Shown here: one piece after another, positions 39,979 to 49,966 of the stretch
Position numbering within the stretch: the first letter of the stretch is position 1
Layout: the number at the start of each line of letters is the position of its first letter
Source: a virus
Taxonomy: Duplodnaviria; Caudoviricetes
IMG/VR virus record: IMGVR_UViG_3300042291_001013
Length of the DNA: 64,000 bases
Reading direction: 5' to 3' (one strand)
Made by a program: the position numbers and the translations under genes
Notes under the pieces: model-generated
Seen by the model: the letters and a program-made list of their open reading frames with translations, nothing else
Told to the model about the DNA's origin: nothing
Database searches by the model: none

Positions 39979-41212
39979 TCTAGTTCGTGCCACAGAGCTA
40001 ACTGACCGTGAAGAATTCTTGTTAAAAGAATCCAAAACCTTCTGCATGTATCCTTGGATTCATTTGCATGCCTATCCCACCGGCGAAGCATATCCTTGTT
40101 GTCATGCTGAAATGAAGCCAGGCATTGTGGGCAACTGTAGAACCAACACACTAGCGGAAATATGGCAGGACCAGCCCATGCAAAAGCTACGTGCAGACAT
40201 GTTGAGCGAAACTCCCCATGCCGCCTGCACACGCTGTTATGAACAAGAAGAGTCGGGCTTTTTTAGTGGCCGTAAGAGTGCAAACAAGCATCATGGACAT
40301 CACATAAAGAAGCTGGCGGAAAATCCTTTTGAAATGACCTATTGGGATATTCGTTTCAGTAACCTATGCAACCTAAAGTGTCGTAGCTGTGGACATATCT
40401 TTAGCTCACAATGGTATCAGGATCAAGCCAAGCTGGCAGGGCCAGAATGGAAAGCTCGCAACACAGTTCTTAACTATGCTGGCCGTACAGAAACAGACAT
40501 ATGGTCGCAACTGGAGCCCCATTTAGACTATGTGGAACAGATATACTTTGCAGGTGGTGAGCCATTATTAATGGAAGAACACTACAGAATCTTGGAAGAA
40601 CTTGTTAGACGCGGCCGCTTTGATGTGCGTTTAATATACAACACCAACTTCACACACACTGATTTAAAGGGCCGTAGTGTATTTGATTACTGGAAGCAGT
40701 TTCGATCAGTAGCAGTGGGTGCTAGCCTAGACGATTCAGGCACCAGAGGCGAATACATACGCAAAGGCACTGACTGGGCTCAAGTAGAACAGAACCGCAG
40801 AGACATGTTGCGTGTGTGTCCCGAAGTGGACTTCTATATCAGCCCTACCCTGAGCATCTTGAATGCTCTGCACTTGCCGGACTTTCATCGTGACTGGGTG
40901 GAAAAGGGCTTGATTCGCGCTCAGGACTTGAATGTAAATATCCTACAAGACCCTGCATACTATAGAATAGACATAGCGCCTGCCGAATACAAAGGCGTGT
41001 TGCTGGCCCGATACCGCGAACATATTGAATGGCTTCGCAATCAAGACCCCTTGCAACGAGCCACAGTGGGTTTTGAAAGCGCCATTACTTTTATGACAGC
41101 CACAGACAATACTCATTTAATAGACTCTTTCTGGCGTAAAACACATGAGCTTGATGCCATAAGAAATGAATCAATATTGGATACAATTCCAGAATTACGA
41201 GCACTAAAATGA
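39950..41212 (+). CDS. Radical SAM enzyme with N-terminal twitch-like domain, paralog 3
   Basis: CMYPW...GEAYPCC...ACTRCY; SNLCNLKCRSC; FAGGEPLL. Confidence 0.88.
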   Translation: MTQYKYNSTDLVRATELTDREEFLLKESKTFCMYPWIHLHAYPTGEAYPCCHAEMKPGIVGNCRTNTLAEIWQDQPMQKLRADMLSETPHAACTRCYEQEESGFFSGRKSANKHHGHHIKKLAENPFEMTYWDIRFSNLCNLKCRSCGHIFSSQWYQDQAKLAGPEWKARNTVLNYAGRTETDIWSQLEPHLDYVEQIYFAGGEPLLMEEHYRILEELVRRGRFDVRLIYNTNFTHTDLKGRSVFDYWKQFRSVAVGASLDDSGTRGEYIRKGTDWAQVEQNRRDMLRVCPEVDFYISPTLSILNALHLPDFHRDWVEKGLIRAQDLNVNILQDPAYYRIDIAPAEYKGVLLARYREHIEWLRNQDPLQRATVGFESAITFMTATDNTHLIDSFWRKTHELDAIRNESILDTIPELRALK

Positions 41213-42423
41213 ATATACCACATGACAAATTCTGTGTACTGCCCTGGGTGAGCCTAGAAGCCTCACCCATAGGTACTGTGCGCCCTTGCTGTTTGGCCGA
41301 TGATGAAATTGTGGACAATGCAGGCCGCAAGTTTGAATTGAGCACTGCTGACTTTGCAGACATACAAAACAGTGATCACATGCGTGGGTTGCGAGAAGAA
41401 TTTTTGGCAGGCAACAAGCCACAAACATGTAGAAAATGCTGGAATGAAGAACGTGGTGGTCGTACTTCAAAACGCATGCACACCTTGGACAGACTCAAGC
41501 ACAGTATTGCACACACTGAATGGACAGCAGATGCCAAGCCGCTAATGTTCTTGGATCTCAAGCTGGGCAACATCTGCAATTTAAAATGCCGTATCTGCGG
41601 TTCATGGTCGAGTAGCCAGTTTGCCGCAGAAGAAATTGCACAGTTGCCCCCTGAAGAAAAGAAAAAGTCACACGCTTATACTATGCTACGAGCCGGGGCT
41701 TGGCCCAGAGAGAACACTCAGTTCTGGCAGCAGATTGATTCAGTTGTAAATGACATACGCTATATAGAGTTTACTGGTGGTGAGCCGTTCATGATTGAAG
41801 AACACTTTGCAATGTTGCAGGGCATAGTGGATCGTGGTATTGCGCATCAAGTGGAAATACACTACAACACAAATGGCACACAGTATCCTGAGGCAGCAGA
41901 GGCAATATGGCGGCATTTTAAAACAGTAGAAATAGCATTCAGCTTGGACGACGTGGGTGAGCGCTTTGAATATCAACGCACAAACGCTGTGTGGGCAGAT
42001 GTGTGTGCCAACCTAGATCGTTTCCGTGACTTAAAAGAAATCCACCCCAATATTGAACTGCAAGTATGCACCACAGTGAATGTGTTTAACGTGCGTTACC
42101 TTGGGGACATTGCAGCCTGGTTAGAACGCAATCGCAAAAGTTTTACGTTTGTGTACTGGAATATGATGCACGATGCTTGGTACTTCAGTATCGCTTGCTT
42201 GCCTGACAGGGTCAAACGGGCCATTACTGAATATCTCAATGGTGTTGACACCATTTACAGATCAGAATTTGATCGCATAAGAGACTTTATGAATTCAGGT
42301 GCGTCAACTGATGGGTTCATGACTAGAATGAAAATAGCAGATCTAGACCGCAAACGCAATCAGGATCTACAGGCTGTAGCGCCAGAGTTAGCTGAGCTGA
42401 TTGAGTACAATAAAAATGCCTAA
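41209..42423 (+). CDS. Radical SAM enzyme with N-terminal twitch-like domain, paralog 4
   Basis: CVLPW...GTVRPCC...TCRKCW; GNICNLKCRIC; FTGGEPFM. Confidence 0.88.
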   Translation: MNIPHDKFCVLPWVSLEASPIGTVRPCCLADDEIVDNAGRKFELSTADFADIQNSDHMRGLREEFLAGNKPQTCRKCWNEERGGRTSKRMHTLDRLKHSIAHTEWTADAKPLMFLDLKLGNICNLKCRICGSWSSSQFAAEEIAQLPPEEKKKSHAYTMLRAGAWPRENTQFWQQIDSVVNDIRYIEFTGGEPFMIEEHFAMLQGIVDRGIAHQVEIHYNTNGTQYPEAAEAIWRHFKTVEIAFSLDDVGERFEYQRTNAVWADVCANLDRFRDLKEIHPNIELQVCTTVNVFNVRYLGDIAAWLERNRKSFTFVYWNMMHDAWYFSIACLPDRVKRAITEYLNGVDTIYRSEFDRIRDFMNSGASTDGFMTRMKIADLDRKRNQDLQAVAPELAELIEYNKNA

Positions 42424-43294
42424 GTTAGTTTATGAATCTCCAGGATCGTTAAATTCACAATGGATTCAGCCCATTGTGGAACAATACTTTACGGTAGAGC
42501 CATACCGGGCTGATCAATATTATGATCGTCACACATTGCTAGTGCAAAATCAACCTGCCATAACACCTGCTGGACAACGCATTCAAGATCAGGGCGGCAC
42601 AATAGTATTTGATAATTTATGGGAACAGCCTTGTTCATGGACCGGTGGGTATAGACTGGAACACGCCAATTGGTTCTGGTACAACGAAAGTCTGCACTAT
42701 CAACATCTAGGTTACGATCAGTATGAACCTGTTCGCAGTTATGACTATTTGGCACTGATTCCCATGCGTAAAATACACCCACACAGAGACTGGTTGTTGC
42801 GGGCCCTTGAGCCCTGGCTAGATCAATGCGTTTGGAGTTACTTGGAACGCGGACGCAGTCTGCCCAATGATACAGACACTTCTGATCTAAAAGGACAACG
42901 TTACATGAATCCCGAGTGGTACAACCGCACTTGTTTTAGCATAGTGGCAGAAAGCACTGTGAGTGCCAGGGAAATTTTTATCACTGAAAAGACATTCAAA
43001 CCCATGGCATTTCAACATCCGTTTGTGGTGTGGGCGCAGGCAGGTGTGCTGAAAAGACTACAAGATCTAGGATTTGAAACGTTTAAAAACTTATTTGATC
43101 AAGCATATGATTCTGAGCCAAATGATCGCCGGCGCTTGGCTCTGCTGGTTGATGCAGTAAATGATTTCAAGCCAATAGAGTACAGCAAAGAAACTGTGCA
43201 AAAATTACAGCACAATCACAATCATTTCTTCAGCAACACCGTTGCCCAGCGTGTGCAAAAAGAAATAGTAGAACCATTAACAGCACTGATATGA
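42416..43294 (+). CDS. TEK-family putative glycosyltransferase, paralog 3
   Basis: SIVAESTVSAREIFITEKTFKPMAFQHPFVV...GFETFKNLFDQAYD. Start ATG 42416 (track 42401). Confidence 0.55.
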   Translation: MPKLVYESPGSLNSQWIQPIVEQYFTVEPYRADQYYDRHTLLVQNQPAITPAGQRIQDQGGTIVFDNLWEQPCSWTGGYRLEHANWFWYNESLHYQHLGYDQYEPVRSYDYLALIPMRKIHPHRDWLLRALEPWLDQCVWSYLERGRSLPNDTDTSDLKGQRYMNPEWYNRTCFSIVAESTVSAREIFITEKTFKPMAFQHPFVVWAQAGVLKRLQDLGFETFKNLFDQAYDSEPNDRRRLALLVDAVNDFKPIEYSKETVQKLQHNHNHFFSNTVAQRVQKEIVEPLTALI

Positions 43295-44583
43295 ACAAGC
43301 CAGAAAATCTTTGTCTTGCTCCTTGGGTACACACATATCTAAGCCCGCAAACCGAACGGCGTATGTGCTGTGCCAGTCGTGAACCTGCACAGAACTTTGA
43401 ACAGTATATAGACACAGCCGCGGGAACCGGTCGATATATACCCGTGACTCTTGAGGCGCACTGGAACTCGGAGCACATGCGAAGTGTGCGCCGTAGAATG
43501 ATGAACGGGGAGACTCTCCCAGAATGCGAAGTATGCAATGATAAACTGCTTAACACATCCGTATATCGCGATTATTTTTCACAATTATTCGGAGCAAGAA
43601 CTGCTGAAGTATGGGATAACACTCTCCCAGATGGATCGACTAGTATGCGCCCTGTGTCATGGGATTATAGGTTCAGCAACTTGTGTAATTTTAAGTGCAG
43701 AACCTGTGGAGACATGTTATCAAGTGCATGGGAGTCAGAACAAAAGACCTGGAATATGGTTGATGTTTCAAACAGTAAAAACAATTGGATGGTGCCCGAG
43801 ATTCGCAAAGAAATATCTTTATTTCAAGACACGCAAATTGAAGCCGAATTTAATGATGCTGTGGAGCGTCATTCAGTAGAAGAGATCTACTGGGTAGGCG
43901 GGGAACCGCTGATGTATGAACAGCATTGGCGTTACATGAAAAGAATTATAGAATTAGGGGACGGGGACAAATTATATGCAAGGTACAATACTAATCTTAG
44001 TCGTGTGGATTATCGTGGTGTTAATCTTTTTCGGGATATTCTTGTTCATTGCCGTGACTGGCAAATCTGCGCCAGCCTTGACGGAACAGGAGAAATTGGA
44101 GAATACATACGCACAGGCCTGGACTATGGGATATTTTTAGAAAATTTCAAGCAAGGAGTACAATACGCAACAAACCGCAGACAAATGCGTCTTGATTTTA
44201 CTCTTACCCTGCCAGGCATGTTTGAAATACACAACATGGAACAATTGGCCGAAAGCATGGGTGTAGAGTTGTTGGCCAAGGTTATATTCTCATTTACCTC
44301 GGACATTGCAATGAGTCCATTGTGTTTGCCCCGTGAGTTGTTAATGCCCTGGATTGATGAACTGTACTCCGGTGCTTGCACACAGGTCATTCGAGACCTG
44401 CTACAACAGTTGGCCACAAGACCCACATTTGCAGAACAGTGGCCTGATCAATGGCAACAAGGCCTGCGCCAAGGCAAAGCTCGTGTGTTAAAACTGGAAC
44501 AAATAAGAACACAATCAGTCACAATGACTGACATTCTGGGCTCCCGTCCAGAAGTACTTAAATGGTGGATGCAAATTGCTTGA
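43291..44583 (+). CDS. Radical SAM enzyme with N-terminal twitch-like domain, paralog 5
   Basis: CLAPW...RRMCC...ECEVC; SNLCNFKCRTC; WVGGEPLM. Confidence 0.85.
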   Translation: MNKPENLCLAPWVHTYLSPQTERRMCCASREPAQNFEQYIDTAAGTGRYIPVTLEAHWNSEHMRSVRRRMMNGETLPECEVCNDKLLNTSVYRDYFSQLFGARTAEVWDNTLPDGSTSMRPVSWDYRFSNLCNFKCRTCGDMLSSAWESEQKTWNMVDVSNSKNNWMVPEIRKEISLFQDTQIEAEFNDAVERHSVEEIYWVGGEPLMYEQHWRYMKRIIELGDGDKLYARYNTNLSRVDYRGVNLFRDILVHCRDWQICASLDGTGEIGEYIRTGLDYGIFLENFKQGVQYATNRRQMRLDFTLTLPGMFEIHNMEQLAESMGVELLAKVIFSFTSDIAMSPLCLPRELLMPWIDELYSGACTQVIRDLLQQLATRPTFAEQWPDQWQQGLRQGKARVLKLEQIRTQSVTMTDILGSRPEVLKWWMQIA

Positions 44584-45619
44584 TCAAATCAAAATGACCC
44601 TACGTGGGAACCACAGTGAACTGGACGTTTACATAGACGTTGCTGACAACAGTCTCAGCCGCAAATGGCTGGTTGCGCTTAACAATCTGATAGCTCAAGA
44701 CTGTCATCTTGAAAAGAACTACTGCTGGATGGGCTGGACTGAAAGTGCAAGAAACGCTGAGTATCTATGCACACAGATCAATCGCAGTATACACGCAATC
44801 AATGCCAGCGACCTGGGCTACAGGATTGTAAACTGGTTCTCACCCGCCAATGTAATACAACCGGACCTTGATGTTGATCACGAGCGTATGAATCAGTTGC
44901 ACAGGTATTTTGAAGACCTACAGGGCTGGAGTGGCGGTATCAGCACGTACTATCAGCAGGCCACACCCGAAACACGCTGGCACATACGGCAGTTAAACTT
45001 GCTGTGCCATGAACTAGAAAATCTTGTGCTGAGCATGCGTAAAGTTGTACAAGCACCTGAATGGCGCCGCCCCAGCCAGCTGATGTGCTGGCTCAATGCA
45101 CCGCGTTTTGCGCTTGAAGAGTCTGATTACGAGTTGTTTGGTATTGATACAATCAACAGAAAGCTGGGCGGAGTCTACGTGGGTGTAAATAAAGCAGTGG
45201 GCAAGCACCACTGGGAGGTATTCAATGATGAAGGAAGAGACAGCAGGATTGCCGAATTGGTTACAACCGGACTTCGAGTCCAGACTGAAGCCGCTGGTGA
45301 CTTTGATATTGAATGGGCCCGTGATCCCGGCGCTTACCATTGGCAACAGCAAAAGCTCACGGAGTTCCGAGATTGGCTCCGAGCAAATGATTTTGATCCT
45401 GAGGAAAAAGCTCTCACTATTGGCCATCCGCAGGTTGCGCAAGTGGATCTTGAGCGAAGTTTTGGCACCCAGGATTATCAAGCAATCTGGCGCCAGCTAG
45501 CTGATCACATGGATGTGTATAAAATTCAAACTGCTGATGCCAAAGCTACATATGAGTATCGCTGGAGTGATCCAGACTATGCAGATCAACAAATAAGGAA
45601 ACTATCATGCACTGGTTAA
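44576..45619 (+). CDS. Hypothetical protein (347 aa), Trp-rich, possible His/Glu metal site
   Basis: ORF coupled to both neighbours; MNQLHRYFE and LNLLCHELE motifs. Confidence 0.7.
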   Translation: MLDQIKMTLRGNHSELDVYIDVADNSLSRKWLVALNNLIAQDCHLEKNYCWMGWTESARNAEYLCTQINRSIHAINASDLGYRIVNWFSPANVIQPDLDVDHERMNQLHRYFEDLQGWSGGISTYYQQATPETRWHIRQLNLLCHELENLVLSMRKVVQAPEWRRPSQLMCWLNAPRFALEESDYELFGIDTINRKLGGVYVGVNKAVGKHHWEVFNDEGRDSRIAELVTTGLRVQTEAAGDFDIEWARDPGAYHWQQQKLTEFRDWLRANDFDPEEKALTIGHPQVAQVDLERSFGTQDYQAIWRQLADHMDVYKIQTADAKATYEYRWSDPDYADQQIRKLSCTG

Positions 45620-45708
45620 GAAAAATTTGGGACAGAATCACACTAGAGATTCGCTATCGTAAAAAACTAAAAGAACTGCGCAAAAGAGATCCGTTTATCT
45701 ACAAATGA
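45607..45708 (+). CDS. Small basic 33-aa protein not in the ORF track
   Basis: Hand translation: MHWLRKIWDRITLEIRYRKKLKELRKRDPFIYK*. It fills the gap and has an ATGA overlap with the carbamoyltransferase start. Confidence 0.7.
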   Translation: MHWLRKIWDRITLEIRYRKKLKELRKRDPFIYK

Positions 45709-47195
45709 AACACATACTTGGAGTCAGTGCTGGCTTTCATGATGCGGCCCTGACCTTAATCAACGATCATGGTGACATTGAGTTTGCTGGACACAGCGAA
45801 CGCTACAGCAAACTCAAAAACGATGAAAATTTATCATTGGGGTTACTGCACGAAGTAACCAAATACAATATACAGCACATAGCCTACTACGAAAGACCCT
45901 GGGCCAAACAGCTACGACAACTGTACGCAGGTCAAGGGATTGAGTGGAACAAACTGACTGCAAAGCAGATACTAACCCAGCAGATTGGTCAAGAGTTTGG
46001 TGCATTTCCCAGTGACAGAATCAGCACACACAATCATCATTTATCGCATGCGGCGGCTGGATTTCAGACCAGCACATTTGATCGTGCCACTGTGGTGGTA
46101 ATTGACGCTATAGGTGAATGGGACACAATATCAATCTGGGGAGCAGAATATGATTCAAAAGGTCAAGCAGTTTATAAGCGATTGTGGAAACAAACTTACC
46201 CACATTCCATCGGACTCTTTTATAGTGCAATCACTAGCCGCGTTGGCCTACGCCCACTAGACGAAGAATACATTACCATGGGCATGGCAGCCTGGGGCAA
46301 ACCCGCCTGGTACGAAAGCATGAGCATGGCCGTGGTCAAAGACTTAAAGTCAGTGACCATGCACAACAACCATCACACTGGTTTCCCAGACACGTTCCTT
46401 GAAGCCGCCACCAATGAAGACATTGCTTGTGCCGCGCAAATAGTTGCTGAAGATCTAATTGGGCAGGTAATGCAACGTGCTCGTGACTTCAAGTGGAGCA
46501 GTAACCTTGTGTACATGGGCGGTGTGGCGCTGAACTGTTTGGCCAATAGAAACCTGGGCAAATGGTTTGATAGTATTTGGATTATGCCTTGTCCCGGCGA
46601 TGCTGGATCAAGTCTTGGTGCCGCGGCTCTGGTGCATGGCGGACAGATCAACTGGGTCAATGCTTATCTTGGACACAATATACCTGGTAAGTATCCGGTA
46701 CAAGCATTGTTAGACGAATTGGTAACCAATCGCATTGCTGGAGTGGCATCAGGTAGAGCTGAGTTTGGGCCACGTGCTCTGGGCAATAGAAGCTTGCTGG
46801 CCGACCCCAGAGGCAGTAGAATCAAGGATCAAGTAAATGGAATTAAACGCAGACAACAATTCAGACCCTTTGCGCCTGTTATTCTGGAGGAGCTGGTTGA
46901 CATGTACTTTGATATGCCTAGTGGTTTCAGTAACAGTAGGTACATGCAGTCAATCGCTCGTTGCAGGCATCCTGACTTATTTCCTGCTATCATTCACGTT
47001 GACGGCACTAGTCGTGTACAAACAGTACCGCGTGATGGGTCAGGCATACGAAAACTGCTAGAAGCATGGTATGACTTGACTGGGTGCCCAATGCTGTTGA
47101 ACACTAGTTTGAACATACGTGGTGAGCCCATGGTTAATGATCGTGCAGATGCTGACCGCTTTGAACAATTATACGGGGTGCGAGTGTTTTCATGA
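45705..47195 (+). CDS. Carbamoyltransferase, NodU/CmcH/TobZ family
   Basis: HDAA, ERYSK, HHLSHAA, DAIGE, GGVALNC, GDAG, EFGPRALGNRSLLADP, FRPFAP, HVDGTSRVQTV, LNTSLN. Confidence 0.93.
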   Translation: MKHILGVSAGFHDAALTLINDHGDIEFAGHSERYSKLKNDENLSLGLLHEVTKYNIQHIAYYERPWAKQLRQLYAGQGIEWNKLTAKQILTQQIGQEFGAFPSDRISTHNHHLSHAAAGFQTSTFDRATVVVIDAIGEWDTISIWGAEYDSKGQAVYKRLWKQTYPHSIGLFYSAITSRVGLRPLDEEYITMGMAAWGKPAWYESMSMAVVKDLKSVTMHNNHHTGFPDTFLEAATNEDIACAAQIVAEDLIGQVMQRARDFKWSSNLVYMGGVALNCLANRNLGKWFDSIWIMPCPGDAGSSLGAAALVHGGQINWVNAYLGHNIPGKYPVQALLDELVTNRIAGVASGRAEFGPRALGNRSLLADPRGSRIKDQVNGIKRRQQFRPFAPVILEELVDMYFDMPSGFSNSRYMQSIARCRHPDLFPAIIHVDGTSRVQTVPRDGSGIRKLLEAWYDLTGCPMLLNTSLNIRGEPMVNDRADADRFEQLYGVRVFS

Positions 47196-47761
47196 ACGTA
47201 ACCAGAGTATCACTGCCAACCAAGAGCCAGGTGTTGATTCTTGAAGACTTTTTCCCACAACATACTTTGCAACACTTGCACGACTTGTGCAGGGAATGGC
47301 ATCCAACACTGAATACTGATTGGGTGCAACCTTATGAGTTTGCCGGGCGTCCTAGATGGAACTATCAAGGCAATCATCATGGGTGGCAAGAAGCCAAATT
47401 ATTCATGAGCAGTGAACATGTGCTGAGCAGACTGCAAGGCGAAATACAAAGCGACCGCTTGGCTTTTGACAGTGCAGTGATGTGGATGGATCAAGCGGGC
47501 TTTGGTACCTTAGGCCCGCATCAAGAAAACAGCGGCACGTATCTTGCACAGATTTACCTAGCTGAAACAGAGCATCCTTACACAGGCACAACCATACACA
47601 ACAGCAACAAACAGATCTTGTTTCAGTTGCCCTATCGTGACAACATGGGCTGGTTCTTTGACACTGGACGTACAGTAATGCATGGTAGAGAACACGATGT
47701 TCCCGAAGGTATCAACAGATTTACCTTGATGGCTTGGTTCAAGCCGTTAGTTGAGGGTTAA
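47192..47761 (+). CDS. 2OG-Fe(II) oxygenase-like protein
   Basis: LGPHQEN (HxE), distal VMHG, and NRFTL Arg placed as in double-stranded beta-helix oxygenases. Confidence 0.6.
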   Translation: MNVTRVSLPTKSQVLILEDFFPQHTLQHLHDLCREWHPTLNTDWVQPYEFAGRPRWNYQGNHHGWQEAKLFMSSEHVLSRLQGEIQSDRLAFDSAVMWMDQAGFGTLGPHQENSGTYLAQIYLAETEHPYTGTTIHNSNKQILFQLPYRDNMGWFFDTGRTVMHGREHDVPEGINRFTLMAWFKPLVEG

Positions 47762-48798
47762 AGATAAGACTCTAGTCCGCCACGACGTCGGATATCTTGT
47801 GTACAGCAACTAATACCACCATCCCAGAAATAGCTGTGACGCAGTTCTGAAATAATGGGATTGATACGATGTTTTTTACAGTAGTCAAACACTTCTTTGT
47901 TGTAGGCTGAGAAGATAACATTTTCTTCGTCTAGAACCAAGCAGTTCACATCAAACACAGTTTCAGCAACAAAGCCAGTCCACTTGGTTAGATAAGTGTC
48001 CACAAACTGTGTGAACTCAGGAGTGGGTGTTTGTCCTTGCACATACCAAGCACCGGGTGATTGTTCATACTTGAACTTGCCCACTTCCATTGCGGCCCAG
48101 ATTGAGCTATCCCAAATCTTGCACACATCCCAGCCCGGGAAGTCACGGGCTAGATCCAAGTTAACATCGTGCTTTGAACTCAGCAACACTCCGGGCTTGA
48201 GAATAGCAAACACAGCGTCGCCATGGCCATCAGTGATAGCTTCATGGATCCGATATTCAGGACCTAGCACATTGTCCACAATCCAACGAGTCTGTTCAGG
48301 CTTTAGGAAGTCTGAGTTATCAAAGAATACATCACGGCCAACACGAACAATACAGCTGGCACTTGCACCGTTGAGTATGCAATTTTCATCCCAGCCTGTG
48401 GGGCCGTGTGGGTTGATGACTGATCCCGGTTGCGCAGTTTCGTATTCATTGCATATACCATCCAGTTCTTGCATGGCCAACACACGCAACAGTTTGTCAC
48501 CAAGCGTGATTTGCCAGTCTCTGGGAGTAAGTGGTGGAAGTGCTACCCCACTTCCACTAACTTGATTTTCTTGAAACCAGTCTTTATTGGGTAGGTCTGG
48601 TCGTCGAACTCGAGCACCCGACTTTTCTATTGTTTTCTGCAAGTTGGTAAGGTCTTCCGCAGTCTCAGCAAGGATTTGCTGAAGTTGGTTGCGCACTTGT
48701 GCGTTTTCTATGAAGTCAAAGTAATCAGGTGTGTACGCACGGCCTACAATGACTTCTTCAAGTGGCTGCCAACTGGTGTAAGAGTTAATAGGATTCAT
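47758..48798 (-). CDS. Amidinotransferase (GATM/StrB1-like pentein family)
   Basis: NSYTSWQPLEEVIVGR, LTPRD, GHGD (catalytic His), WDGGISCCTQDIRR (catalytic Cys). Confidence 0.88.
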   Translation of the reverse strand: MNPINSYTSWQPLEEVIVGRAYTPDYFDFIENAQVRNQLQQILAETAEDLTNLQKTIEKSGARVRRPDLPNKDWFQENQVSGSGVALPPLTPRDWQITLGDKLLRVLAMQELDGICNEYETAQPGSVINPHGPTGWDENCILNGASASCIVRVGRDVFFDNSDFLKPEQTRWIVDNVLGPEYRIHEAITDGHGDAVFAILKPGVLLSSKHDVNLDLARDFPGWDVCKIWDSSIWAAMEVGKFKYEQSPGAWYVQGQTPTPEFTQFVDTYLTKWTGFVAETVFDVNCLVLDEENVIFSAYNKEVFDYCKKHRINPIISELRHSYFWDGGISCCTQDIRRRGGLESYL

Positions 48799-49966
48799 TT
48801 AGTTGCTCGAGTAGAATATTTAAGCGTTGTGTCTTGTGTTGTAAAAATAACTGCTGGTTGTGTTCTATGTCTGCTCTAGAAACTTCAAAGCGATCCTTTA
48901 ACCGGTATTGTGATTGTTCAATGGCACCGCACAATTTTTTCCAGCGTTCGGTGTGATCGGGAATACGATCATATGAGTTATCAAGTATAGTATCAAACAC
49001 CCGATAGCCCATATCCCGTAGCAGTTGCAAGCTACCCGCAGGACCAGCAATAAAGAATAACTGCCCATGCTTGATGGGCTTGAACGTTTTTTCTGTTAGG
49101 AATATACCTGCACAACCATCTGCATCAAAGTGTGTTTCCATCACAATGTTACAGTATGCATTGGCAAAGTACTTGGGCTCTTGTATGCTGTGGTTGTTGC
49201 GTTGCTCCATACTGAGCTCATCGCTGATATACGGTGCCCCTGCAAGAAACTGATCAGTATCCGCACGTAAGTTTTTGAATGCATCTATTTGTATGGGATT
49301 GTCTGCATCTACTATACTGCCAGTTTCGCAATAACTCCAGTAGGAGTTTGATAGTAGTCCTTGACGATGCATGTCTGCCATTGCAGTAGCACGCCAGCTC
49401 TTGTGCAATCGGTTCAGCACCGTGAAGTCACGCTCACGTGGCTCAGCATGTATCTTCATTGCAGGCACGTGCTCGTTGCGTTGCCAGTACCATAACTCAA
49501 AGTCATTGAAATAAACAAAATCAGGAATATCACGTGCGGCTGTATTGGCACCGACAAACACATAACATCTCTTGGGCAATTGATGTTGTTCAGCTAGAGC
49601 ATCCAGTCTTTGTTTTATACGTTTAGGATTGTCTCCTTCGTGGTAATAAAACAATATGCGAATATGACTATGCCATAACTCAGTAAACACACGCTCAGGC
49701 AACAGATCAAAATAGTCTATGCCAAAATCAAAGAATCCCAGACCTATTGGATAAAACGCATCAGCTGGCCAAGCACTTGACAAGTCCACAATGTTTAGTT
49801 TAACGTTGTGGTGATCGCAATATTCTTGCAATCGCAAAGGAATGGTGTAAGGCCAGTGTGAGCCAAACTCACGCCAGCTGTGTGTATATGGTCTGCCTTC
49901 GTGTTGAGCAAACGCAGGGTATATTTTACCCTTGACTATTCGGTCCGCTATCAGTGTCAATGCCAT
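48785..49966 (-). CDS. TEK-family putative glycosyltransferase, paralog 4
   Basis: NIVMETHF...IFLTEKTFKPIKHGQLFFIAG...GYRVFDTILDNSYD; FTVLNR. Confidence 0.55.
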   Translation of the reverse strand: MALTLIADRIVKGKIYPAFAQHEGRPYTHSWREFGSHWPYTIPLRLQEYCDHHNVKLNIVDLSSAWPADAFYPIGLGFFDFGIDYFDLLPERVFTELWHSHIRILFYYHEGDNPKRIKQRLDALAEQHQLPKRCYVFVGANTAARDIPDFVYFNDFELWYWQRNEHVPAMKIHAEPRERDFTVLNRLHKSWRATAMADMHRQGLLSNSYWSYCETGSIVDADNPIQIDAFKNLRADTDQFLAGAPYISDELSMEQRNNHSIQEPKYFANAYCNIVMETHFDADGCAGIFLTEKTFKPIKHGQLFFIAGPAGSLQLLRDMGYRVFDTILDNSYDRIPDHTERWKKLCGAIEQSQYRLKDRFEVSRADIEHNQQLFLQHKTQRLNILLEQLNESY

